Source: Candidatus Binatia bacterium (lineage in GTDB: Bacteria > Desulfobacterota > Binatia > UBA9968). Taken from it: a stretch of DNA of 42,503 bases. Under the pieces are notes generated by a model. That model ran no database searches and was not told the DNA's origin. It saw nothing but the letters and a program-made list of their open reading frames with translations. Every line of letters starts with the position of its first letter. The stretch's first letter is position 1. Below are positions 10,251 through 18,811 of this stretch, piece by piece. The translations under genes were made by a program, and so were the position numbers. The stretch is from NCBI GenBank assembly GCA_036558765.1, contig DATBEY010000129.1, positions 1-42,503 on the forward strand, in the 5' to 3' direction.

Positions 10251-10991
10251 ATGCTTAATACCGGCGTCAGTTTTTCGATCGGATCATTTGCAGCGTGGGC
10301 TCCTGGAGCGGATACCCGCGATTCTTGGTTGGCATGGGCACATGGGGAACATTCAATTTGTGGAATACAAGCGCCGGCGGTTCGCGCGATGCCGCCGATG
10401 CTGCGCCGACGGGCGAGCCTTCTCACTAAAATGGCTCTCGAAGTGGCCTATCAATGTTCGGGCGATCTAATCGATGTGCCCGCGATTTTTTGCTCCCGGC
10501 ACGGTGAGGCGGCGCGTTCTGTGGATCTACTGCTCGACCTTAGCAAATTTGGGGCGCTATCTCCTACATCCTTCAGCTTGTCGGTTCATAACGCAACGGC
10601 AGGACTCTTTTCGATTGCTCGTGGGGACCATGCCAGTACTATCGCGCTTGCTGCCGGTCAAAGCACTGTCGAATATGGCGTAATTGAAGCATGTGGGTTA
10701 CTCGCAGACGGCGAACCACGAGTTTTGCTTGTGGTTTATGACTGTCCACTACCTGCTGTTTATGAAGCGTTTCAGGACTGCGATGAACAACCGTTTGCGT
10801 GGAGTTGGTTGATGCGACCGGCTAGTAATGATGCAGTTTCGCTTTCCTGGTCAGCCTCGCACCATAACCAGTCTATTAATAGCGGGCGATTTCCCGGTGG
10901 CTTAGAAATTTTGCGGTTCTTTCTTCGGAAAGATATTCGCCTTGAGCGGACTTGCGATCGACGCCGATGGATCTGGTTGCGACATGGTTAA
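10251..10991 (+). CDS. Ketosynthase-like chain-length-factor protein lacking the active-site Cys (ApeC-like)
   Basis: KS-fold-like 246-aa protein with an FAAWAPG N-terminus typical of APE CLFs. The position of the KS Cys reads VHNATAG. First gene of the cluster. Confidence 0.7.
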   Translation: MLNTGVSFSIGSFAAWAPGADTRDSWLAWAHGEHSICGIQAPAVRAMPPMLRRRASLLTKMALEVAYQCSGDLIDVPAIFCSRHGEAARSVDLLLDLSKFGALSPTSFSLSVHNATAGLFSIARGDHASTIALAAGQSTVEYGVIEACGLLADGEPRVLLVVYDCPLPAVYEAFQDCDEQPFAWSWLMRPASNDAVSLSWSASHHNQSINSGRFPGGLEILRFFLRKDIRLERTCDRRRWIWLRHG

Positions 10992-11727
10992 TAATATCCA
11001 GCGGTTTTGGCGCGTGCTCGGCACAGGGTTGGGATTTTTGCCGGTTGGTATTGGCGGCGTCCTTGTCTTTCCCGTGCTGAATTTGATGGTGCGAGAGCCG
11101 AAGCGCCGCAGGACCATCGCGCGAGATTTAGTTCAGTTAACCTTCCGTTGCATCGTTCGGTCGATGTGTGCTCTGGGTGTCTTCCAATACGAAATCAAAG
11201 GACTCGAGCGATTGGAACGGCGCGGGCAATTGATTCTCGCCAACCACCCGACATTAATTGATATTGTGTTCCTCCTCGCGTTTGTCCAACAAGCGGATTG
11301 CATCGTCAAGGCCCGCCTTTGGTGCAATCTGTTTACCCGCGCGACGGTGCGCGCCGCCGGTTACATCGCCAACAATGAAGACAGCGTTCAGGTACTCGAA
11401 GACTGTATTGCCTCCATACGTGACGGCGGGAACCTCATCGTGTTTCCGGAGGGCACGCGCACGCCGGCGGATGGGGGAATCACCCTCAAGCGGGGAGCGG
11501 CAAATATAGCCGTGCGCACCCCGTGTAATATTACACCCGTGCGCATCCACTGCACGCCGCCCATGCTGGTTAAAGGGGAAAAATGGTGGCGCTTGCCAGC
11601 GTATAGGTCGCATTTTCATTTCGATGTGCTGGAAGAAATCGACATTCAGCCATTTCTCGCAAACTCTTTCGGTAAAGCGGTGGCTGCACGGCAGCTGACG
11701 GGCTATTTACACAAATTTTTTTCTTGA
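10984..11727 (+). CDS. PlsC-type lysophospholipid/glycerolipid acyltransferase (ApeD-like)
   Basis: HX4D motif NHPTLID and the FPEGTRT motif. N-terminal TM segment. 8-nt overlap with the preceding gene. Confidence 0.8.
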   Translation: MVNNIQRFWRVLGTGLGFLPVGIGGVLVFPVLNLMVREPKRRRTIARDLVQLTFRCIVRSMCALGVFQYEIKGLERLERRGQLILANHPTLIDIVFLLAFVQQADCIVKARLWCNLFTRATVRAAGYIANNEDSVQVLEDCIASIRDGGNLIVFPEGTRTPADGGITLKRGAANIAVRTPCNITPVRIHCTPPMLVKGEKWWRLPAYRSHFHFDVLEEIDIQPFLANSFGKAVAARQLTGYLHKFFS

Positions 11728-11738
11728 GGCGATTTGCC

Positions 11739-12008
11739 ATGTTAACGACTGAAGACGATATCAAACGATTAATCGTCGATGTGCTTCAACTCGAAGACAC
11801 CAGCCCGGCAGATATTGACGTCGAAGCACCGTTATTCGGCGACGGGCTTGGATTGGACTCCATCGACGCGCTTGAACTCGGAGTAGCCATCCAAAGGCGG
11901 TACGGCGTAGCTTTGTCAGCGAACTCAGAGGAAAACCGTCGCCACTTCGCTTCCGTGCGGGCGCTCGCGAGCATGGTCGACAACCATCGCAAAAACGGGG
12001 ACGGATGA
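11739..12008 (+). CDS. Acyl carrier protein 1
   Basis: GLDSIDALE phosphopantetheine-attachment motif (Ser codon 11859-11861), 89 aa. Confidence 0.85.
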   Translation: MLTTEDDIKRLIVDVLQLEDTSPADIDVEAPLFGDGLGLDSIDALELGVAIQRRYGVALSANSEENRRHFASVRALASMVDNHRKNGDG

Positions 12009-12271
12009 AAATGAATCCGGCAATGCCGCAGACCACAGACGAGATCTATTCCTGGGTCGTTAATATCCTGCACGAGATGTTTGAACTTGATAAGGCGAAG
12101 ATTACGCCAGCGGCAAACCTATACAGTGATCTCGATATCGACAGTATCGACGCAGTCGATCTGGCGGTGAAATTCAAAGAGCTCACCGGCAAGCGGCTGC
12201 AGCCTGAAGTGTTTAAGACCATCCGAACCGTGCAGGACGTGGTGAATGCGCTCGCTGATCTGCTCCGCTAG
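12005..12271 (+). CDS. Acyl carrier protein 2
   Basis: DIDSIDAVDL attachment motif, 88 aa, ATGA overlap with ACP 1. Confidence 0.85.
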   Translation: MKMNPAMPQTTDEIYSWVVNILHEMFELDKAKITPAANLYSDLDIDSIDAVDLAVKFKELTGKRLQPEVFKTIRTVQDVVNALADLLR

Positions 12272-12302
12272 TACTTTATCGAGGCACATTCTCAATCTAT
12301 TC

Positions 12303-12830
12303 ATGGTCGTAATGACGATCGCTTACCCGCTTGTAATCTGGCTTGGGCAAGGTCGATTTGAACCGCGAGTTTTGGCAATTCTATTACTGCTGCTGGTAGC
12401 GATGCGGCTGTACACGTTGAAACTCAGCGCGGCCTGGTGCTGGTGCGTAGGTGGAACGCTATTGTTGGTCGTGTGCGCCCTTTGGCTAAACGCGATCCTG
12501 CCGTTAAAATTCTACCCCGTCTTAGTGAACGGCACGCTGCTGGGTCTATTTGGTTATAGCCTACTGTTTCCGCCATCGATCATCGAGCGCTGGGCACGGA
12601 TGCGTAACGCGGAACTCCCCGCGCGGGCGATCTCTTATACACGCCGCGTTACCCAAGTGTGGTGCATATTCTTCGCCATGAATGGCGCCGCGGCATTGAT
12701 CACCGCGCTCTGGGCGTCGGCGGCTGTCTGGACAGTTTATAATGGCATCGTCGCATATCTGCTGATGGGATTGCTTTTCGCCGGTGAATACTGCGTTCGA
12801 TGGCGGTTCAAGAGGCTGCAACATGGCTGA
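12303..12830 (+). CDS. Polytopic membrane protein of unknown function (ApeG-like position)
   Basis: Several hydrophobic helices and no catalytic motif recognised. The start is uncertain (ATG at 12303 or 12312). Confidence 0.6.
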   Translation: MVVMTIAYPLVIWLGQGRFEPRVLAILLLLLVAMRLYTLKLSAAWCWCVGGTLLLVVCALWLNAILPLKFYPVLVNGTLLGLFGYSLLFPPSIIERWARMRNAELPARAISYTRRVTQVWCIFFAMNGAAALITALWASAAVWTVYNGIVAYLLMGLLFAGEYCVRWRFKRLQHG

Positions 12831-14550
12831 AACTTGCGATCTATTGGGATTTTTAACCGCTATGAATTCAACTAGCGGGACGGTCGGATGGCAAGAGGGC
12901 AACCCCGTCCGATTCCAAGAGTTTCTCAGCCGTGTGCGCGCATGGCGTTCTCTGTTGCGGCGACATCGCGGTCGTAGCTTTGCGCTTTATATGGAGAACA
13001 CCATTGAATTTGCCAGTGCATTGTTCGGCGCTTGGCATGCGGGCAAAGTCGTTTATCTGCCGGGTGACAACTTGCCCGGAACTTGCGCTCGGCTACGCGC
13101 GGAAGTGAATGGTTTTCTCGGCGAGTTTACAGTCGAGTGCTCGCCGATACTGTCGGCGCCCCACAGAAGGGACGATGACACGGATGCCTTTCACCGCTTG
13201 GAATCCGACTTCGTTGGTTTGGTCCTCTATACTTCCGGCACCACGGGAGCGCCCCAGGCTATTCCTAAAAAGCTCGCGCAACTGGCGCGAGAAGTGGCGA
13301 CTTTGGAATCGGAGTTCGGCGCACTGCTCGGCACCGGCGAAATCGTCGGGACGGTGTCGCATCAACATATCTACGGATTGCTCTTTCGAGTCTTATGGCC
13401 GCTGGCCGGCGGCCGCGCGCTGCACGCGCAAAGCTATTTCAATTTCGAAGATTTGGCGGCGGTCTTAGCCAGACGCGATTGTGTCTTGGTATCGAGCCCG
13501 GCGCATTTGCAGCGGCTGCCGAACAATTTTGATTGGACCGAGCCGCGCAAACGAGTGCGCGCCGTTTTTTCCTCCGGCGGCCCGTTGATCTTTGAGGCCA
13601 CGGAAGAAACGAACCGGTTGCTCGGCTCAACGCCGATCGAAGTGTACGGTAGCTCGGAAACCGGCGGCATCGCCTGGCGCCAACAACGCGTGAGAACCGA
13701 TGAGGCATGGACGCCGTTTCCCGGGGTCAGTTGGCGCATCGAACCAGAGCAGGGCGTGCTCGAAGTCCGCTCCCCCAATCTGCCCAACAATAACTGGTTT
13801 TGTATGGCAGACCTAGCTGGCATCATGGAGCCAGGCCGATTCGTTCTCAAAGGTCGCATCGACCGCATTGCCAAAATCGAGGGTAAACGAATTTCCCTAA
13901 GTGCCATCGAAGCCACGCTGAAAAAATCTCCGTTGGTTTGGGATGCCCGCGTGATCGTCGCCAACGGAGCGCGCCAACGGATTGGCGCATTCATCGTGCC
14001 ATCGGAGCAGGGCCGCCGCCATCTGACATCCGGCGGCAAACGGGCTCTCAACCGGGTTCTGCGGGAACAGCTGCGCCGGTGGATTGACCCGATAGGGCTG
14101 CCGCGCATTTGGCGCTACCTCGATGCGCTGCCGACGAATGCGCATGGCAAAACCACCGTTGCTGAGCTAGCCGCGTTGCTAGAAAAGCAAACGGTCGTGC
14201 CGACAAAGCCGCACGAGTGGCTGCTCGAAAAAGATACCGCGCGCGCTGTCTTCGCGCTGAAAGCGCCGCGCAACTTGATTTACTTTGACGGCCATTTTTC
14301 CGGCCGGCCGATTCTCCCGGGCGTGGTGCAGCTCGACTGGGTGATCGCCTATGGCAAGCGCTGCTTCGATCTGCCGCCGGTATTTCGCGCCGTTCGGGCG
14401 CTCAAGTTTCAGCGTGTGATTCCTCCCGAGCTGCCGATACAACTCGAGCTCAATTACGAACCCGCCAAGTCGTGCCTGTTTTTTAAGATCAGCTCGCAAG
14501 TTGGTTCGCACGCCAGCGGTCGTGTACTGTTCGGAGTCGCAGATGTTTAA
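12823..14550 (+). CDS. AMP-dependent adenylating enzyme fused to a C-terminal FabA/FabZ-type hot-dog dehydratase domain
   Basis: Adenylation core motif LYTSGTTGAPQ and A10-like PTNAHGKT. The C-terminal ~120 aa carry YFDGHFSGRPILPGVVQLD (14281-14340), the HFxxxPxxPG dehydratase signature. The reading frame is continuous. Confidence 0.8.
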   Translation: MAETCDLLGFLTAMNSTSGTVGWQEGNPVRFQEFLSRVRAWRSLLRRHRGRSFALYMENTIEFASALFGAWHAGKVVYLPGDNLPGTCARLRAEVNGFLGEFTVECSPILSAPHRRDDDTDAFHRLESDFVGLVLYTSGTTGAPQAIPKKLAQLAREVATLESEFGALLGTGEIVGTVSHQHIYGLLFRVLWPLAGGRALHAQSYFNFEDLAAVLARRDCVLVSSPAHLQRLPNNFDWTEPRKRVRAVFSSGGPLIFEATEETNRLLGSTPIEVYGSSETGGIAWRQQRVRTDEAWTPFPGVSWRIEPEQGVLEVRSPNLPNNNWFCMADLAGIMEPGRFVLKGRIDRIAKIEGKRISLSAIEATLKKSPLVWDARVIVANGARQRIGAFIVPSEQGRRHLTSGGKRALNRVLREQLRRWIDPIGLPRIWRYLDALPTNAHGKTTVAELAALLEKQTVVPTKPHEWLLEKDTARAVFALKAPRNLIYFDGHFSGRPILPGVVQLDWVIAYGKRCFDLPPVFRAVRALKFQRVIPPELPIQLELNYEPAKSCLFFKISSQVGSHASGRVLFGVADV

Positions 14551-15295
14551 GCCCTGTGTCATCATTCCGGTCTTCGATCATGAGCGGGCGATCTGCGCGG
14601 TGGTCGATGGTGTGCTGGGGCAAAAAATACCCTGTATCGTCGTCGACGACGGCAGCGGACCGGCGTGCGGGAGCGTGCTCGATGAGCTGGCTCGTCGCGC
14701 GCCGGATCGCATTACCTTACTGCGCCATTCGCACAATCGCGGCAAAGGCGGCGCCGTGCTGACCGGAGTTCGCCACGCGGCTGAGTGCGGTTATAGCCAT
14801 GCGGTACAAATCGATGCCGACGGCCAGCACCGCGTCGCAGATATCCCGCGCTTTTTGAGCGTCGCCGTCGCGCGCCCCCAGGCGCTGATCGTCGGCTGTC
14901 CGCAATATGGCGACGATGCTCCGGTAGTGAGGCTCTGGGCCCGCCACCTGACGCATCTATGGGTAACAATCAATACGTTGTCGCGAATGATTAGAGACTC
15001 GATGTGCGGCTTTCGCGTTTACCCGTTGGCGGCGATCATGGCACTCGATCGAGCGCAAAACCTCAGCGCCCGGATGAGCTTCGACGTCGAAGTGCTGGTG
15101 CGCTTACATTGGGCGGGATGCGAAATCATCAACCTGTCCACCGCGGTGAGTTATCCTAGCGACGGCGTTTCACACTTTCGCGCCTGGCTCGATACCTTCT
15201 TGCTCTCGCGCCTACACGCGACTCTGTTCTTTGGCATGCTCGTGCGCTCGCCAATGTTAATCGCGCGCAAATGGAGCCGGCAATCAGCACACTAA
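14543..15295 (+). CDS. Family 2 glycosyltransferase
   Basis: IIPVFDHE, VVDDGSGP and DADGQH (DxD) motifs. Confidence 0.8.
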   Translation: MFKPCVIIPVFDHERAICAVVDGVLGQKIPCIVVDDGSGPACGSVLDELARRAPDRITLLRHSHNRGKGGAVLTGVRHAAECGYSHAVQIDADGQHRVADIPRFLSVAVARPQALIVGCPQYGDDAPVVRLWARHLTHLWVTINTLSRMIRDSMCGFRVYPLAAIMALDRAQNLSARMSFDVEVLVRLHWAGCEIINLSTAVSYPSDGVSHFRAWLDTFLLSRLHATLFFGMLVRSPMLIARKWSRQSAH

Positions 15296-16251
15296 TGACG
15301 GCTGAGCGGGGTGCGCACTGGGCGCAGATCAACGAATTCAGCTTCGTCGCCGGTATGCGGCTCTTGTACTGGGTCGCGCGAATTTTCGGTCGCTGGCCAT
15401 TGCGCTTTGCCCTCTATCCGATCGCTCTCTGGTACCTGTTTGCCAAACCGACGGCGCGTGCCGCTTCGCACGCTTACCTTGGGCGAATCGCGCGCGTTAA
15501 TCCTACGCTCAAAGTTCATCCGGGTCTGCTGGGTGTGCTGCGCCATTTCGTCTCCTTTGGTGAAAGCATTTTTGACAAGATGCTGCTCTGGAGCGGCTCG
15601 TTCGACGTCAATTCGATAAAATTCCACGGTCTTGAGATTATCGTCGAGCAAATCGCTGCCCGGCGCGGCGGGATTCTCATCTGCGCCCATCTGGGCAATT
15701 TGGAATTATGCCGAGTGTTGGCCCGACGAGAACCAGGACTTAGCCTCACCGTGTTACTGCACACCTTGCACGCGGTGCGATTCAATCGATTGTTGGCACA
15801 GCTCAATCCCGCGAGCGGCATCAATTTGATGCAAGTCACCGAGCTTACATCGGCGACGGCGGTATTGTTGGCCGACAAAGTGGCGCGGGGGGAATTTGTC
15901 GCGATCGCCGGGGATCGTATACCGGTGAGCGCAAACGGACGGGTTGCGTCGGCAAAATTCGTTGGCGATACAGCACGTTTCCCGGTCGGGCCCTATGTGC
16001 TTGCGGATCTTTTTCGTTGTCCGATCTATCTGCTATTTTCGCTGCGCGCCGAGGGCGGCTGGGAAATTCATTTCGAACCATTTCGCGCCTCGATTGAGCT
16101 GCCGCGCCACGGGCGCGATAACGCCCTGGCCGCCTTAGTCGCTGATTACGCCGCTCGGTTGGAACATTTTTGTCAGCGCGCGCCGCTGGAGTGGTTTAAC
16201 TTTTACGATTTTTGGCATGCGCCCTCGATGCAGCAAGCCGATGCTCCTTAA
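15295..16251 (+). CDS. LpxL/HtrB-family (lipid A late acyltransferase-like) acyltransferase
   Basis: N-terminal membrane anchor. CAHLGNLEL matches the HX4(D/E) motif of the LpxL family. TAATG junction with the GT2 gene. Confidence 0.7.
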   Translation: MTAERGAHWAQINEFSFVAGMRLLYWVARIFGRWPLRFALYPIALWYLFAKPTARAASHAYLGRIARVNPTLKVHPGLLGVLRHFVSFGESIFDKMLLWSGSFDVNSIKFHGLEIIVEQIAARRGGILICAHLGNLELCRVLARREPGLSLTVLLHTLHAVRFNRLLAQLNPASGINLMQVTELTSATAVLLADKVARGEFVAIAGDRIPVSANGRVASAKFVGDTARFPVGPYVLADLFRCPIYLLFSLRAEGGWEIHFEPFRASIELPRHGRDNALAALVADYAARLEHFCQRAPLEWFNFYDFWHAPSMQQADAP

Positions 16252-17791
16252 CTCAGAAGCGGCCCGCAATATTCGTTTTGACACCGGGCGATTGACTATC
16301 GAAGACATAGTCGACATTGCCCAAGGATCGGCACGTGTGGTTTTGTCGGACGCGCCTGCATTTCTGGCGCTGATCGCACGCGGCGCCGACTTTCTCGATC
16401 GCTTGCTTCGCGAAGAAGGATCGATCTACGGCGTCACCACCGGCTTTGGCGATTCCTGCACGGTGACCATCGAACCGGAGTTGATCGCCGAGTTACCGCG
16501 TCATCTTTACACCTTTCACGGTTGCGGCCTGGGCGAGCTTCTCAATCCGGCGCAAACTCGCGCCGTGATCGCGACCCGGCTGGCGTCTCTGTGCAAGGGA
16601 TTTTCCGGGGTCAGCGTGGAATTGCTCCTGCAGATGGCGCGCTTACTACAGCATGATATTTTACCGCGCATTCCCGCCGAAGGTTCGGTGGGCGCTAGCG
16701 GCGATCTCACGCCGTTATCTTATCTCGCCGCGGTGTTGTGCGGTGAGGGCGAAGTCTGGCGTGACGGCGCTGCGCTGCCCGCCGCCTCGGCGCTCCAAGC
16801 AGCCGGCATCACGCCCTTGCGCTTGCGCCCCAAAGAGGCGCTCGCGATCATGAACGGCACCGCGGTGATGACCGCGCTCGCGTGTCTGGCATATGCGCGA
16901 GCCGAATATCTGGCGCGGCTGGCGACGCGGATCACCGCGCTGGCTGCCTTCGCCCTCGATGGCAACGCCGAGCATTTCGATCCGAGGCTGTTTTCGGTCA
17001 AACCTCATCGCGGTCAGCAGCGCATCGCGGCTTGGTTGCATGAAGATCTGCCGGGCCAACCGGCTGCGGTCAATGGCAAACGACTGCAAGACCGCTACTC
17101 GATTCGCTGCGCGCCGCACGTGATCGGCGTGCTCGCCGACGCACTTTCATGGATGCGTGAGTTTATCGAAAATGAGCTCAACAGCACCACTGACAATCCG
17201 ATCATCGACCCGGCCGGTGAGCGCGTCTTACACGGCGGCCATTTCTACGGCGGCCACATCGCGTTCGCTATGGACTCCATGAAAAACGCCGTCGCCAATC
17301 AAGCCGACTTGCTTGATCGGCAGATGGCGCTGCTAGTCGATAGCCGTTACAGCAACGGCTTGCCGGCCAATCTGACGGGAGCTAAGGCGCCGCGACAAGT
17401 CATCAATCACGGCCTCAAGGCGCTGCAGATCAGCGCCTCGGCTTGGAGCGCCGAAGCGCTGAAATTAACCATGCCCGCCTCGGTATTTTCGCGCTCCACC
17501 GAATGTCACAATCAGGACAAGGTAAGCATGGGCACGATCGCGGCGCGCGACTGTTTGCGCGTCATCGAGTTGACCGAGCAAGTCGCCGCGGCGTTGTTGA
17601 TCACCGTGCGCCAGGGCGTTTGGCTGCGCCAGCAGCTAAATCCGTCGGTCGCGCCGTCGCCGATGCTGCAAAAAATGCTTGACGCCCTGGCCGCTGATAT
17701 TGCGATTGTCGAGGAAGACCGCGCCCTCGAAGCCGATTTGCGGTTGCTCCTCAAACGCATTCGCGCAAGGTCTTGGAAGCTCTATGACTAA
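16241..17791 (+). CDS. MIO-dependent aromatic amino acid / histidine ammonia-lyase family enzyme
   Basis: GSVGASGDLTPLSYLA with the Ala-Ser-Gly MIO triad (16694-16702). 516 aa, full-length HAL/TAL-size protein. Confidence 0.88.
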   Translation: MLLNSEAARNIRFDTGRLTIEDIVDIAQGSARVVLSDAPAFLALIARGADFLDRLLREEGSIYGVTTGFGDSCTVTIEPELIAELPRHLYTFHGCGLGELLNPAQTRAVIATRLASLCKGFSGVSVELLLQMARLLQHDILPRIPAEGSVGASGDLTPLSYLAAVLCGEGEVWRDGAALPAASALQAAGITPLRLRPKEALAIMNGTAVMTALACLAYARAEYLARLATRITALAAFALDGNAEHFDPRLFSVKPHRGQQRIAAWLHEDLPGQPAAVNGKRLQDRYSIRCAPHVIGVLADALSWMREFIENELNSTTDNPIIDPAGERVLHGGHFYGGHIAFAMDSMKNAVANQADLLDRQMALLVDSRYSNGLPANLTGAKAPRQVINHGLKALQISASAWSAEALKLTMPASVFSRSTECHNQDKVSMGTIAARDCLRVIELTEQVAAALLITVRQGVWLRQQLNPSVAPSPMLQKMLDALAADIAIVEEDRALEADLRLLLKRIRARSWKLYD

Positions 17792-18212
17792 GCCGCCTGG
17801 CCGCTGGTGCGCCGAAACCGAAACCCGCGTGCAGTTTTTCGATCTCGATCCGATGGAAATCGTTTGGCACGGTCATTATGTCAAATATCTGGAAATCGTC
17901 CGCGGCGTTTTGCTCGACACCATCAATTACAATTATGGCGCGATGAAAGACTCGGGATATGTTTGGCCCGTGACGGATCTCCACTTGCGCTACATCGCGC
18001 CGGCGGTTTACGGCCAGCGGCTCAAGCTCAGCGCGGAAATCGTCGAATGGGAAAATCGCCTGAGGATCGCGTACCTGATCAGCGATGCGGCGAGCGGCCG
18101 GCGCATGTGCCGCGCGACGACGACCCAAGTGGCTGTGGACATCGCCACTCAGGAAATGTGTTTCGTTTCGCCGCCGGTGCTCTTTGAAAAGCTCAGAGTG
18201 GCCCCCTCGTGA
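17784..18212 (+). CDS. 4-hydroxybenzoyl-CoA thioesterase-family (YbgC-like hot-dog) thioesterase
   Basis: VQFFDLDPMEIVWHGHYVKYLE N-terminal 4HBT signature, 142 aa. Confidence 0.8.
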   Translation: MTKPPGRWCAETETRVQFFDLDPMEIVWHGHYVKYLEIVRGVLLDTINYNYGAMKDSGYVWPVTDLHLRYIAPAVYGQRLKLSAEIVEWENRLRIAYLISDAASGRRMCRATTTQVAVDIATQEMCFVSPPVLFEKLRVAPS

Positions 18213-18811
18213 AAAGGTTAATGCGCTCATGCGTCTGGATCAGCGCGGCGCTGACGCTCTTGGGCGCCGGACCGGCGGCAAAGATTCAATCGATGCTCGC
18301 CAAGCCCAAAGTGCTTTGCGGCCGCTTCGATCAAACCAAGCAGCTCGTCGGCTTGAAGAAGCCGGTCAAATCGACTGGCCGCTTCTGTGTCGTCGCCGAG
18401 AAAGGGGTGTTGTGGCGGAGCGAGCGGCCCTTTGCCAACACCATCAAGCTAACTCGCGACGAGATTATCCAGCTCCAAGGTGAGCGGGTGACAATGCGTC
18501 TCGATGCCAAAAAGGAACCGACGGTACGCGTGATCAATAGCGTATTATTTTCCCTGCTCGCCGGCGATCTCGATCAACTTGAGAAGCTCTTTGACATTGA
18601 CGGCGAGGTCAATCATCAGAGTTGGCGCGTGACGCTCAAAGCGCGGACGCCCGCCTTGGCGAGGGCGATCGGCGCCATTACCCTGGATGGCGCGGAGTAT
18701 GTCAAGAATATCGGCATCGATGAAGCGAGCGGCGATCGCACGCGCATTGTGTTTTCCGCGATTCAGACCGGCGACGGCGCCATGACGGTCGATGAGGCGG
18801 CTTTGTTTTGA
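18209..18811 (+). CDS. LolA-like outer-membrane lipoprotein carrier-family protein
   Basis: Signal peptide, F.Q.K motif region (GRFDQTKQL...GRFCV) typical of LolA-fold proteins, and APE-cluster position. GTG start overlapping the previous TGA. Confidence 0.7.
   Translation: MKRLMRSCVWISAALTLLGAGPAAKIQSMLAKPKVLCGRFDQTKQLVGLKKPVKSTGRFCVVAEKGVLWRSERPFANTIKLTRDEIIQLQGERVTMRLDAKKEPTVRVINSVLFSLLAGDLDQLEKLFDIDGEVNHQSWRVTLKARTPALARAIGAITLDGAEYVKNIGIDEASGDRTRIVFSAIQTGDGAMTVDEAALF

Noticed and set aside
10136-10426. The 96-aa minus-strand ORF overlapping the cluster start, and the 65-aa plus-strand ORF at 9486..9683.
   Set aside because: Neither has a Shine-Dalgarno or a recognisable motif. One overlaps the conserved N-terminus of the CLF, and both have an implausible composition.
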